Shown here: positions 1 through 12,800 of the stretch, in pieces | Numbering within the stretch: the first letter of the stretch is position 1 | Layout: each line of letters begins with the position of its first letter | Assembly (NCBI RefSeq): GCF_964194155.1 | Contig: NC_135903.1 | Location: 7,936,001-8,000,000, forward strand | From: Cetorhinus maximus | Taxonomy: Eukaryota | DNA: 64,000 bases | Direction: 5' to 3' | Program-made: the position numbers and the translations under genes | The notes under the pieces: generated by a model | The model's input: the letters and a program-made list of their open reading frames with translations, nothing else | Databases searched by the model: none | Told to the model about the DNA's origin: nothing

Positions 1-368
1 AATAAAGCGGAAATCCAAAAGCTGTTGTTGGTGATTCTACACTTCTCTAAGTGGCTTCTCATTCCCCACTCAAATTGCAATCAATGTTTTTAAGCTGGTG
101 TGAATTGACTCTTACACTGTTAATCTCGATGGAAAAACCCTAGAAAAAGTTGCACCTTGGTTAATGAGGTATAACTGGGTATATAATGGCACATTAATCT
201 CATAATTACTTCTAAACACCCTCACTAGCCCTGAAAAGTAGATTTTATATTTGTGAAATATCAAATTTCTCTATTATACTGAAACAAACATTCACTGTTT
301 TAACATTGTTATGGTGTTTGTATTGATATTTTGGATCCTATCTAAATCCATTCAATTTATTTCACTGC

Positions 369-785
369 GTCAGCTGTGACTCAGTTGGTCACACTCTCAC
401 CTCAAGTCACAAGGTTGTGGGTACAAGTCTCCCTCCAGGGCATGAGCACAAAAATCACATTTGACACTACTGAGGGACCGTGCACTGTCTTTTTGTAGAG
501 ATTTTGAACTGAGACCCCCATCTGCCCCCTCAGATGGGCATAAAAGATCCCCTGGAACTACCGTTAAAGGATAGTGGGGAGTTACCCCTGGTGTTCTGGC
601 CAATATTTATCTCTTAATCAATACTGCAGAAACAAATTATCTGGTTGTTATTACTTTGCTGTTTTTGGAAGTTTGTTGTGTGCAAATCGGCCACCACATT
701 TCCTACATTACAACGGTGACTATAAATTACAACTTTTCAAAAGTTGGCTCTAAAGCACTTTTAAAATGTGTGGCGGTCACAAATA
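369..785 (+). mobile_element. tRNA-derived SINE (Deu-SINE-like), degenerate
   Basis: A-box-like TGACTCAGTTGG, B-box-like GGTACAAGTC, and tail cctacattacaac..gtgacta. Related copies at about 4390-4920, 7170-7860(-), 10050-10450(-), 11250-11990 and 46200-46660. Confidence 0.65.
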
Positions 786-1496
786 CCGTACAAATCTTTT
801 TACCTGAAGATTTAAAAGTGAAGGATAAAGTACTTATAACTTCCTGGTTTGCTGTATCTGGGAATAGCTCGGTGCAACTGGCTGCTAACCTTGCTTGCTA
901 TACATTACTGCTGTTGCATGCCTGGAGATTCCCTTGAATTTAAACTGATGTCGGGAAGTCCATGCCACAGAGAGAGATTGCTAGCTATATTTGGGCAATT
1001 TTCCTCAATATCATCAGCAGGCACTGTTGCTTGACCACTGACTGCAAAATCTAGCTCAATGAAACCAGGTAGTCCAAGGTTAGTTTGACATGAATCAGGT
1101 ACTGCCCATCAGTACGGCAGCTGCCAGTTTGAGAAGCTGACTAAATAAAAAAGTTTAGATTCCAAAGTTACAAGACTGTGTATGTTAAGTTATTCTAAAC
1201 AGAAGGTACAAGAGTTTCCACAATGGCTCAGTGAATAAATACTGTATGTGATGTAATGAGCCATGTCAACAGGAAGATTTTAGGTTAACTTATAATGTAT
1301 CAATTAATTGAGTTCAGTGAGGACAACTGCGGTAGTGGTACAATAAGCCATATGATCCTTAAACATATGGGGAGAAGAAATACAAGGAAAATTCAGCTAA
1401 GGGGCTTATTCTCCAATTGTCTTCACTGATCTTTGCTGGTCCACGTTCAATTGTATCCATCCTCATATAAAATGCTGGAAATACGCAGGTCAGGTC

Positions 1497-1950
1497 AAGG
1501 CTGGAGAGTTTTAGTTATGAGGAGAGATTGGATAGACTGGGATTATTTTCCCTGGAGCAGAGGAGATTGAGGGGGGACATGATTGAGGTGTATAAAATTA
1601 TGAGGGGCATAGACAGGAATGAACTTTTCCCCTTGGTGGAGGGATCAATAACCAGGGGGCATAGATTTAAGGTAAGGGGCAGGAGGTTTAGAGGGGACGT
1701 ATGGAAGAATTTTTTCACCCAGAGGGTGGTGGGAATCTGGAACTCACTGCCTGAAAGGGTGGTAGAGTCAGAAACCCTCATAACATTTAAGAAGTATCTG
1801 GATGTGCACTTGCGATGCCATGGCATACAAGGCTATGGGCCTAGTGCTGGAAAATGGGATTAGAATAGTTAGATACTTGTTTGACTGGCACAGACTCGAT
1901 GGGCCAAAGGGCCTTTTTCTGTGGTGTAGACCTCTGACTATGACTCTATG
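1497..1950 (+). mobile_element. CR1 LINE 3' fragment
   Basis: ORF 1528-1863 (LGLFSLEQRRLRGDMIEVYKIM..TRGHRFK..FFTQRVV..WNSLP) is the CR1 ORF2 C-terminus; short-repeat tail gactatgactctatga. Confidence 0.9.
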
Positions 1951-3146
1951 ACAGGCAACATCTGTGGACTGAGAAACAGAGTTAGTGGGTCAGGACAATA
2001 AGCTTGCATCAGGACTGGCAAAATGTTTCCAGCATTTTATTTCAGATTTCCAGGATCCGCAGCATTTTGCTTTTGTAATCATATCCATGGTTGGTCAGTC
2101 CACTGCCACTCATAGTGCGGGCATATACGCATTGCATGATCAGAGATCAGTAGAGGACTCCAATGTTCCTGATAGCGCCCAAAGTGAACCCAGGCACCAA
2201 CAACGGGTGGGGGGCAGTAAAAAGAAATCATTTCCTTTCAAAACAATTTTAACGGTGATTACAGGAGACTTCGTTTGTATTCGAGTCCAGAACACAATTT
2301 AGTTTCTCAATTAACATCGCTTCTCTTCCAGTTTTAATATCTTCAACTAATTCCTTTTGTTAAAAAAAAAGTTCATACTGTCTAAGAACCTTATCACAAG
2401 GGAATACTAGCATTATTGGAACCTTAATCTAGCCCAGTAAAAACCTTTTGAAGGGGGGAAGAAACGGCTGAAAATTCATTTAGTTTTGTTATTCATCTCC
2501 TTTCTTGTTTAAATGTCGCCTTTTGGGAGTTGCTAAGTAATTTCACTATCTCTTTTTGTCAGGAGTGGACAGGAAGAGAGAGAAACCTACTAGTTAGTAA
2601 TAAGGTTTTGATATATTTCTACAGTAATCCCCAAAAGCAGTCCGCATTTTGTAATGAAACAGCTCCAGACCCAGTTGTAAAGTGCAACACATGATCAATC
2701 GATCCACGCCCTTCAAACAGCTTTATCTCCAACAAAACACACTCAATTTTGCAAAGCCTTACACTGACCTGTGTCGAATTTGTTTCTTGAGGTTTAAATC
2801 AAACACTAAATGATTTATTTCCAAAATTGATATCTAAGATTGAAACATTTAGAGAAAAAAACGAGGAAGAGGAAGGACAGAACTAAAATTTAAAACCAGC
2901 AGTCCAAACAGCGAAGATTAAATAAGTTTTGTCTTTTAAAAAAAAAATCAAGAAAAAATAATTCTTTTAAAAATGTTTTTCAAGACCTCCTACATCTGGA
3001 TGAGTCTTTCTCGGGGTCTATTTGGAGAGAAAAAGAAATGTACGCTGGGGAGAGTGATATACTTCCGCCTCCTTGGCGCCTTCAACGGTGAATGTTACGA
3101 AATGTAACAAATGGGAGAAAAAGCAGCGGAAATTGAGGCAAGAGTT

Positions 3147-3240
3147 CGCAACAGTGTAACTGACGAGTTACAGTCCGCAACAATGTAACCGACCGGTCAC
3201 AACTCGCAACAATGTAACTGACGAGGTACAGTGTAACTGA
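3147..3240. repeat. Imperfect 29-bp tandem repeat (about 3.3 copies) in LASP1 intron 1
   Basis: Units starting cgcaaca(a/g)tgtaac at 3147, 3176 and 3205. Confidence 0.8.
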
Positions 3241-3287
3241 TCAAGAAGAGCCCCGAGCGCGCACGCATCGTGTCGATTCCAGCTCAC

Positions 3288-3356
3288 CTTGTCCAGGCAG
3301 TTGACTTTTTCAGTCGGGTAGACAATTTTTTTACATCTGGCACAAGGTGGATTCAT
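3288..3356 (-). CDS. LASP1: LIM and SH3 domain protein 1, coding exon 1 (rest of gene lies left of the window)
   Basis: Translates [23 protein letters not shown], the LASP1/nebulette LIM N-terminus. 69 nt followed by donor AAG|GTGAGC. Position head-to-head with RPL23 favours LASP1 over NEBL. Confidence 0.93.
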
Positions 3357-3800
3357 TTTGAAAGATGTTTTTTCTTCGCTGTCGTTATCTCTCGGTCTCT
3401 AATCGCTCTCTACAATCTCCTTGGACTATGTTCCACCCTTCTTCCAGCTTCTGTTAGAAGCTCTTCTCTCTCTCTCTCTCTCTCTCCCCGGTCTGACCAG
3501 GGAATAAACAGGAGGGGCCCCTGAGAGTGCGCTCGGAGGAAATTACACGTCTAACAAGGGGTTGGGTTGAGTTGGGGTTGGTTATGTATGTAAGCGCGCA
3601 CGTTGATGAAGACGTGCACGTTCAGGAAAGCAAAAGGAGCAATCTGAAACCGGCCTTCTTATTCAGCAGGAATGTATGTAATCATTAATTCAAATGACGG
3701 CTTTATTATTCGCCGAAAATAATCGAGAGCGGGCTGTGCCAGCTTTGTCTATCGCGCGTCTGTTTGAGGACTGCAGTGAATCGATTTAATTATTTATTGA
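3357..3800 (-). promoter_or_regulatory. LASP1 5'UTR/promoter region, CpG-enriched, with (CT)n tract at about 3465-3486
   Basis: Local CpG enrichment (gcgcgcacg, atcgcgcg) in otherwise CpG-depleted DNA directly upstream of the LASP1 ATG. Confidence 0.55.
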
Positions 3801-4019
3801 ACTGCACAAAAGATTGTTGTCATGTTTGCAAGTACAGGTGTGAGCAATGATACATGTTGGGCTGTACTGAACCATTGTAAATTAACGTTGGCCCCTTTTC
3901 TTGGTGGGGAGTTTGGGGAGAAATGAATAGGGTCTCATTGAGTACAAGGATTTTATTTTTTCACATATCAGTCAGGTCGGGCAAGTTCACAGCGACCAGG
4001 AAATTACAAGTGCCTCTCA

Positions 4020-4219
4020 TCGGGTTGCCAACCCTTCAAGGACTGCCCTGAAGTTTCCGGGAATTATAGATTAAATTCTAAGGCAAAACTGTGAGAAAGG
4101 TCATAGGGGCATTAAAAATGCAATTTCCTTTAACACTCTATTAGTTATGGGAATATTGAAGATGGAAAGTTTTTTTTGACTGAACTAGAGAATATGCCCA
4201 ACTAGAATTGGCAACCCTA
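4020..4219. mobile_element. MITE / non-autonomous DNA transposon with GGGTTGCCAA TIRs
   Basis: gggttgccaa at 4022 and ttggcaaccc at 4208-4217. Related half-elements near 8665, 9480, 22310 and 52672. Confidence 0.7.
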
Positions 4220-4934
4220 ACATCCCCACACCCCAAATCGAGCAGACCATCAGTGATAAAGACAACACCAAGTTCTGTTTAAACTAAAAACAGGTTTCAT
4301 CGAGTCTACAGCACAGACACAGAGCACATGACCAAACTGTGTAAATACGCCACACGAGTCACCCTCCTCCCACTCTAATTATCTCAAAACGGAGCCTTGA
4401 GCATATAATCTAGGCTGAAATTCTCACTGCAGCTCTGAGCTACTGCTGCAGAGGCAAGTGTTCAGGCTTGAGGATGAGATGTTAAACCAAGGCTCCATTT
4501 GCCCTCACAGGTAAAGGTCAAAGAAGAGCAGAAGATTCTCCCACCGAAGAGCAGAAGATTCTCCCACCCCGGTGCCCTGAACCATATTTGTCGCTCAACA
4601 ATATCACTTTTCACTAGTCATGGTCTCATTGCTGTTTGTGGGATCTTGCTGTGCACAGAATCAGTGCCATGTTTTCCACATTACAACAGCGACTACATTT
4701 CAAAAGCACACTGCGACATCCTTGGGGTTGTGAAAGGTACTATATAAATGCAGACATGGCCTCGATTTAATGTGTCATCGGAAAGATAACACCTCTGACA
4801 ATGTGGCACTTCCTCAGTACTGTCACTGGAGTGTCAGCCTAGGTTATGTGCTCAAATCTCTGGAAGGGGACTTGCTCCCATGACTTTCTAACTCTGAGGT
4901 GATCGTACTACCCATTGAATCCCAGATGACAGCA

Positions 4935-7135
4935 AGTGGAGTTTTAGTCAGCCATTTGAAATGGACAGGTTAGACCTATGTTCAAAACACCATGTGGTAC
5001 TTTGTCGAAGAACTCCACGCAGTTTTCAGCTGTGAACTTTGCCAATTCAATTTCACAATTTAAGCTCATTTTTCCTGTTCCTATTAATTTGCAGTATGTC
5101 AGCTGCTGGGACATTCAGATTTAGGATTTATCCACCAATGAGGCAAGAGTATGAAAAACTGACCCAGGAAAATTCAGGCCTGTCATTTAAAAAATATTTA
5201 ATGAAATAATGTCTAAATATTAGTAAGAACACCAAATACTGGAAATACTCAACAGGTGAGGCAACACTTGGAGAGAGAAACAGTGCCTTAACGTTTGTTA
5301 GAACTGGGGCCTGAGAGAAAGCAGTACTGCAATCTCAGAGGGAGATAGGTTAGAGTGAGTGAGGCCAGCAGAGAAATTGAGATGGGAGTTACCAATGAAA
5401 AGATTTAGGAAATAGGAGCAGGAGTAGGCCATTCAGCCCCTCAAGCCTGCTGTGCCATTCAACTAGATCATGGCTGATTTTCTACCTCAATACCATATTT
5501 CCACATATTCCTTCATATCTTTAATATCTAGAAATCTATCAACCTCTGTCTTGAACATGCTCAATGATTGAACTTCCACTGCTCTCTGGGGTAGATAATT
5601 CCAAATACTTGCCACCCTCCAAGTGAAGGAATTCCTCCTCATCTCAGTCCTAAGTGGCCGACCTCTTACTCTGAGACTGTGTCCCCTGGTTCAGCCAGGG
5701 GAAATATCTTTCCTGCATCTACCCTGTCAAATGTGTAAAAATTTTGTATGCTTCAATGAGATCACCTCTCATTCTTCTAAACTCTAGGGAATACAGGCCC
5801 AGTCTCCTCAATCTCTCCTCATAGGTAAATCCCATCATCCCAGGGATTAGTCTGGTGAACCTTTGTTGCAGTCTCCCCAAGGCTCTAAAGAACTGCAGCA
5901 AGACTTCTTTGCTCCTCTACTCCAAATCCTCTTGCAGTCAGGCCAGAGAGGGTAAGAGGCCTGAGGGAGGGGTCCAGGTGGGAGAAAATTCTGAAGGTGG
6001 GAGAAAGGGTATATTATTTGGTGGAAAGACTCCTAGCCAAAGAAGTAACGGTTGAGGCGAAGGTGATGGAATTGTGTGGAGTTGGAAAATCATTGACCTG
6101 GGGATGTAAGGGGATGAAGTTGAGGCCTTTGAGGACTGATTATTCAGGGTCAGAAAAAACATGGTAAGGGGTGAGAATGGAAGAAGGGATGGGGTTAGAG
6201 GGAAGTGAAGGGGAAGAAGCACCTGGAGAAGCATTGAATCGCAAGAGTTATTGAATCTGGTGATCCTGGATACCTGAAAAGAGGAGAGAAAGATTGGTTA
6301 AAGGGCCAGATGAATCAAAGGATGAAATAGCACTGCAGAGAGGACACCTTTAGGACAGAGTGAGCCAGTACTGCTGAAGATAGAGAGAGAGGGGGCGAGA
6401 GTGTGCATATGCCAATGCGTGGTGTTGAGTGTTGATCTCAGGATGCAGCAAGAGTGGTTTGAGAAACACTGTCAAAGTCACCAGTTTTGATGAAAGGTTA
6501 CAGACCTGAAACGTTAATCCTGTTCCTCTCTCCACAGATGCTGCCTGACCTGAGTATTTCCAGCATTTTCTGGTTTTATTTCAGATTTCCAGCCTGTATT
6601 TTCCTCTTGTAAATATAACTGAGTTACTTGGGCTTCGAGGGCAGGGTTTGCGTACTTTCCCCTAGTCTTATATCAACCTGGGGAGGTGTGAAGTGAAAAT
6701 GTTACAATGGTATTTTTGCAATGTGACTGATACTTTTTACAGAGGTTGTGAACTCATCTTCTATTTTAGGCAAATATTTTTGTCTATCGAGATTGAGGGA
6801 TGTTAATTAGTTTATAAATCCAAGCTTGAATGTTGCTGGAACATTTCAGTTGTTCCAGGACCAGGAGGAGAAAAGTAAGAAAGAAAGCTAGCATTTGCAT
6901 AGCGCCTTTCACATTTACTCATCCGGGGTAAATCCTAAATCAGAAAATCAAGATCTGTAAGCCCCGGCAACCTGAGATAAGGCAAATTAACGGGTGCAGG
7001 AAATTGAACTTAAGTTGAGAAAATCAATTGGCAAAATTCACAGCTGAATACTGAAAACTTTTTCCTACGAACTCCTGTGAGCTGTTTTACATAGGGTTCA
7101 ATCTATTTGTTTCAAATGATTACCTAAAACTGCAT
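4935..7135. repeat. About 200-bp diverged inverted repeat pair (4935-5142 / 6918-7135), possibly long TIRs of an old DNA transposon
   Basis: For example cagctgtgaactttgccaatt vs aattggcaaaattcacagctg, and gatttaggattta vs taaatcctaaatc, are reverse complements and collinear. Confidence 0.7.
5405..5935 (-). mobile_element. CR1 LINE 3' fragment
   Basis: ORF 5719-5901 (QQRFTRLIPGM..YEERL..LGLYSLEFRRMRGDLIE). Confidence 0.88.
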
Positions 7136-8091
7136 CTCATATCAGCAGGAGCTCTCACACCTCAGGGTTGGAAGGATGTCCCAAAGCACTTTAGCGCAAT
7201 GAAATACTGTACTGTTGAAGTGTAGCCACAGTTGTGATGAGAACTGTATTATGCACAGCAAGGCTGCAAGAACAATAAGGCAATAAATGATCAGCTATTC
7301 TATTTTTGGTGTTGGTTGATAGATAAGTGTTAGCCTGGACACCAGGTGAACTCTCTTGCATTTCAAATCCTCCTCCTCCTTCAGGTATCATGCTCTAAGA
7401 GGGCACTGATGACCATGGACTTCCATTGGATTGGTCCATGATGATGTTTGGCAAAGTACTGCAGTAGTTTGTCGTAGCCTTCTGCAATATGGCTGACCAG
7501 GAAACTCTCCCGCTCTTACCGCCTGCCATCAGGCACATTGGAAGGATTTACAAGCTGATAATCAAACTGTTTGGCCACATTATGAACACATCTTTCATGG
7601 CCATCAAGTCCTGAAGTGGGACTTGTACCCAGAGGTAGGGACGCTACCACTGCACCAAAGGACCTCCCACTTTTCAAATAGTGACATGTAAACTTTTAAG
7701 CCCAGCTGAGAGAGCAGGTAAGGCTTCGATTTAAGCATTTCATCTGAAAGACTGCACCTCCAACAGTGCAGCACTGATGTGTGAATCCAGATTAGATTCT
7801 AGAGTGGGTCTTCAATCCATGATTGTTGACTCATAGATGAGAATGCTGCCACTAAACCACGCTGCTGACCCAGCAATTGAAATTGTTGCTCTAGTAATTA
7901 CTTAGTGGCTGACCCCTTTCAAAAGGCCATATTTGGACATCCGTTGAGGACAAGATAAACCTGGTCTGCACAGCCTCCATGTTTGAATAACTTGCTGAAA
8001 CACTCTCACATTTGAAGAGTGGTTACTTGGACAATGCACCACAAACTGTCTGCTTCTGTTGAATGCGCTTTCCCTTCAACAGAGGAAAGGA

Positions 8092-8462
8092 GAATCATAC
8101 AGAATGGAGGCGGCCATTCAGTTCATTGTGCCTGTATTGCTCTTTGAAAGAGCTATTCAATTAGTCCCACTTTCTTGCTCTATCCCCATAGCCTTGATTT
8201 TTCTTTACCTACAAGGTGATAGTTGTATTTAATCAATTCTCCTTTGAAAGTTACTATGGAATCTACTGCCACCACCCTTTCAAGCAGTGAATTATAAGAT
8301 TAATCCTCATCTTCCCTCTGGTTCTTTTGCCAGTTATCTTAATTATCTGATTTTTGACCCCATTGCCAATGGAAATTAGTTTCTCCTCATTTACTCTATC
8401 AAAGTCCATCATTATTTTGAATGCCTCAATTAAATCTCCCTTTAACATCTCCGCTCTAAGGA
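8092..8462 (-). mobile_element. CR1 LINE 3' fragment, older
   Basis: ORF 8263-8448 LKGDLIEAFKIM; CR1 3'UTR ggccattcag motif. Confidence 0.75.
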
Positions 8463-8844
8463 GGTAATGGTATACACACTCATTGTTTACCCATACACTG
8501 GGTTTTTATTTTAGTAAAAACACCTTGCGTTTATATAGCACTTTTAACACGGATAAAGCAACCTGAATGGAATAAGAAGAAAGTGGAGGCAGACAAAGAC
8601 ATGAAATTAGGAGGGTGACCAAAACAATTTTGCCAGAGGGCCTTAAAAAGAGGGGAGGGAGAAGGTAAGGTTGCCGACTCTGATTGGGACGTATTCTTGT
8701 TGATTTCATCACCTGATGTCCCATCTCCAATCACTCATCTTTTGTACCTATCTCCACAATTTTTACAACAAATTATCTGTTGTTTAAAGGAAATAAAAGA
8801 AACACACAATTCTGTTTAAACACCTCAATGATTTTTGTCCCCGG

Positions 8845-9440
8845 TTGCTCATAGTTCTTCTCAGGCAGTCCTTCAGGATTGAGGATGACTTGCTTCCCAC
8901 TCCGGTTCAATGAGTTCTGAGGTGGCTGACACGTCCAATGTGCGATCTGCGGACTCTGCCACATGCGGGACAGATGGTGCTTGAAAGGTTGGGTACTTGG
9001 GTTGTTTGGGGATTTGTGCGTTCCCTCTGATGCCTCGATTTTGCTGCGGCACGTTCCCGACAAAGTCTCTCCATGTGTTTGGTGCCTTCCGGGATAAGAG
9101 GCTCCTCTATCTTGGTTGGTCACAAGCCAGGGATTCCCATGAGTCAGCAAGTACATGTTGTCCTCTTTGAGGACATCCCTAAAGCTTTCCCACTGACCTC
9201 CTGGGAGTCTCCTGCTGTGACCGAATTTGGAGTGGAGAAGTTGCTTTAGGAGCCTGGTATCAGGAACACCAATCACATTCCCCACCCAGTGGAGCTGGCT
9301 TTGAGTGATTAGTGCCTCAATGCTGGGTAAGTTGGCTTGGGAGAGGACGCTGCTGTTGAACCGCCACTGGATTTGGAAGATCTTGCAAAGGTACCACTGG
9401 TGCTTGGACAATGTGCAGCAGGCGCCTCAGTGCCCTGGAG
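8845..9440 (-). mobile_element. RTE-clade LINE 3' fragment
   Basis: ORF 8773-9411 contains VLSQANLPSIEALITQSQLHWVG..PDTRLLKQLL..GGQW..FRDVLK, typical of the RTE ORF C-terminus. Confidence 0.8.
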
Positions 9441-10015
9441 ATTAATCTTTAGTTGCTGGAGGCTCCAGGACAATGCTAGAGGGTGGCAACTCTTAAGAGG
9501 TGGATGGAATTCCAGAAAGTGAGAGCTAAGCAGCAAAAGGGATGGTTGACAAAGGTGGGGCAAAGGGAGGGGGTGGGATGCACAAGAGGCTGGACTCGGG
9601 AATGGTGCAATTGGCAGATAGTGATCCGACTTGGAAAACCTGCCCTTCCCCAATTCCCAGCCCGGGGTCGCATTGCCAATTGTAGCATTCGAATTTCAGT
9701 GCTAGCTGGGATGATCTGGAATCAAACCAAGGGATTTCCTGTTCTGCTGGAGCTGGGCTTGTTCATTACTGGAATTCTGGATGCAATAAATTAGCGTACA
9801 AATCCAACATCCGTTTGGATTATTGAACACAGTGTGAATGTCATGTATGAGCCTGTAATTCGGATTTTAATCAACACTTTATTCCTAAAACATACTCAGC
9901 AGGAGCAGAACAAAACATGCTGAGCTCTAGCTGTTGCACTTGTTTAATTGCTCACTGTCCCACGTTCGGCACGTGTGCTCAGAATTGCAATGGTCGATTG
10001 CCACATGGAGCTCTT

Positions 10016-10035
10016 GGGTGCCCTCTGCTGGTCGG
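10016..10035 (-). promoter_or_regulatory. Candidate CTCF binding site
   Basis: Reverse complement ccgaccagcagagggcaccc matches the CTCF core CCASYAGRKGGCR; lies in apparently non-repeat sequence. Confidence 0.55.
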
Positions 10036-10619
10036 ATCATTATTTTATTTACATGACTTCAGGATATCCCAAAGTGCTTTACCGCCAATTAAATGCCTAT
10101 GTAATGTAGAAAAGCCAGCAGCCAATTTAGGCACCCACTAACAGCAATGTGGTAAATGACCAGATAACCTGCATTAGTCATGTTGGATGGGGGATAAATA
10201 TCGGCCAGGACACTGGGGAGCATTCCCTGGCCTCTTGTTGAAACCGTGCCTTGGGGTCTTTTACATCCTCTTGGGAAGGCAGATGGGGCCTCAGGTTAGC
10301 ATTTCATTTGAAAGATGGCACCTCTGACAATGCAGCACTCTCTCAGCACTACACTGGAGTGCCAGCCTACATTAAGTAATAAAATCTTTGGAGTCGGACT
10401 TGAACTCACAACTTTCTGACACAGAGCCCAACAGTGCTACCCCGAGGCCTGGCTGATTTCCTCCAAGATCGCTCCATAGGAAGCCCGTGCAAAGCTTGCA
10501 TTGGTTAAATTAATTTTTTTTTCTTCTGTCTCTCATATTACAGAGCCAGACAGGTCTGCAGGTCTGATTCTCCATCTACGCTGTAAATAGTTGATCTCTG
10601 TGGAACAACAACAACTTAC

Positions 10620-10995
10620 AACAACTGTGCAACAACTTGCATTTATAAAGTGCTTTTAACATAACAAAACCTTCCAAGGTGCCTTACAGGAACATTATCA
10701 AACAAAATTTATCGCATAAAGCGATATTACAATCGGTGACTTAAGCTTGGTAGGGGAGCGTCTTAAAGGAGTAAAGAGGTGGAGAGGTTAAGGAGGAAAT
10801 TCCAGAGCTTAGGACCCAGGTAGCTGAAAGAACAGCCACCAGCGTTAGAGCAATGAACACCAGGGATGTGCGAGGGGGCCAGAATTCGAGGAGTGCACAG
10901 ACCTTGAAGGGTTGTGGGGCTGGAGAAGGTTCCAGAGATAAGGAGATGAGGCCGTGTAGGGATTTGAAATCAAGAATGAGAGTTTTAAAACCTCA
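10620..10995 (-). mobile_element. L2-type LINE 3' fragment
   Basis: Homologous to the L2 fragment at 59015-59420 (same caacttgcatttataaagtgc tail and ccagagcttagg.ccag motif). Confidence 0.65.
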
Positions 10996-12103
10996 TTGCA
11001 AGGATTATACAGTGGACCATGGTTCCCCTTGATTCGGGAAGTCCAGGGTTCTACTGTTCATCATTATCCAGCGGCTCCAGAATGTAGATGGTATATGATG
11101 AGGGTAGCACTGAACTCCCCTGGCTTTCATGGCCCTCCTCTCACTGCCCCATCATCCTTACACTCAGATACCTTGGTGTCAGTAACTATGCAGGAGTGGT
11201 TCAATTATTTGAATTTCGTGGATCACTTGGATGCATACCACAAAGGAATGAAAGATTTGACTTTCATGACCTCAGTATGTCCCACAGTGCTTTACAGCCA
11301 CTGAAGTACTTTTTGAAGTGCAGTTACTGTTGTAACATAGGAAACATGGTAACTAATTTGCACATGGCTCAGCTGGTATAACACATCCTTGAGTCAGAAA
11401 GTTCTGAGTCTGAGGCCCCTCTGAGACCCATCTGGCTGTTCAGGTGCACATTAAACATCTATGACAATAGTTATAGAAATGTGATGAGTCTTTCCCAGTA
11501 TCCTGACCTAAATTCCACCCAAACCAGGAAAAATGAATGAACAAAGTAATATTTCTATAGCACTTTACACAACTTCAGCACTTACCAAAGTGTAGCCATT
11601 GTTTCAATGGAGGGAACAAAGCAGCTAATTGGTGAACAACAGCTAAATAACTGACCAGATCATCTGTTTTAGGTGTTGATTGATAGATAGATGTAGGGAA
11701 AAAAACCAAGAGAGCACTCATTTCCCCCTGTGGGATCTTTTACAGCTGCCTATGAAGACAGATGGAACGTCAGTTTAATGTCTGATTTGAAGGATGGGCA
11801 CCTCCAACAGTGCATCACTCCCAACACCACCGAACCCAGTTATTGCTTTCAGTTGTTTGTGGCACTCTGTTGGCTGATAAATTACTGTCCACATAATGAC
11901 AGTGGCTGTACGTCAAAATATTTCATTATACATGAGCCACTTTGGGACAATTCTGAGGCAAATGTTGAGCATTATGTTAATGGAGGTCTGACTTTATTGC
12001 TTATATTCTTTTAAAGGGTACAGTGAACCCTGAATTTTGCCTCCCTGGTATGTAATTGTGAATCCTGTAATCACCTTTCAACAGATATTGTAAACTGTGT
12101 GAT

Positions 12104-12800
12104 CATAGAAATCTACAGCACAGAAGAGGCTGTTCAGCCCATTGTGCTTGTGCTACCTCTTTCAAAGAGCAGTTGTGCTTAATTCTGCACCCCTGCTCTT
12201 TGTCTGTAACCCTGTAAGTTCTTTAGCCTCAAGTATCTGCCTGACTCCCTTTTAAAATTATTTATGGAATCAGTTTGACCACCTTTTCAGATAGAGCCTT
12301 CCAGATCCCAAAAATTCTCTGAATGAGAAGAATTTTCCTCGTTACCCCATCTTTTGCCATTTATTTTAAATCTATGACCTCTGTTCATTGACCTATTCAT
12401 CAGAAGGAACAGCCTTTCTCTATATTGAATCTCTTATCGTCTTGAAATGCTCTATTAGGCCACCTCAGCCTTCTCTGTTCCAGGGACAATAGTCCTAACT
12501 TTTCCAACCTCTCCTCATAACTGAACTTCCTCAATCCTGGTGACATCCTGGTAAACGTCTTCTGTGCTTTTCTAAGGCCTTTACCTTCCCTGAAGTGTGG
12601 TATCCAGAATTGTGTACAATACTCCAGTGATTTATAAAGTTCTAGCATGATCTCTTTGTTTTTATATTCTATTCCTCTCTTTATAAACCCAAGTAACCCA
12701 TATGTATTTTAACCACTTTATCAAATTGCCCCGGCACCTTTATGGATTTGTGTTTATGAATTCCAAGTCTCTGTTCATTTACACTTTTCAAAATCATGCC
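12104..12800 (-). mobile_element. CR1 LINE fragment
   Basis: ORF 12400-12648 LELYKSLEYCTQFW..FSYEERLEKLGLLSLEQRRLR. Confidence 0.82.

Noticed and set aside
3147-3240. CRISPR-like repeat array
   Set aside because: Contiguous tandem units without unique spacers, eukaryotic intron, no cas genes.
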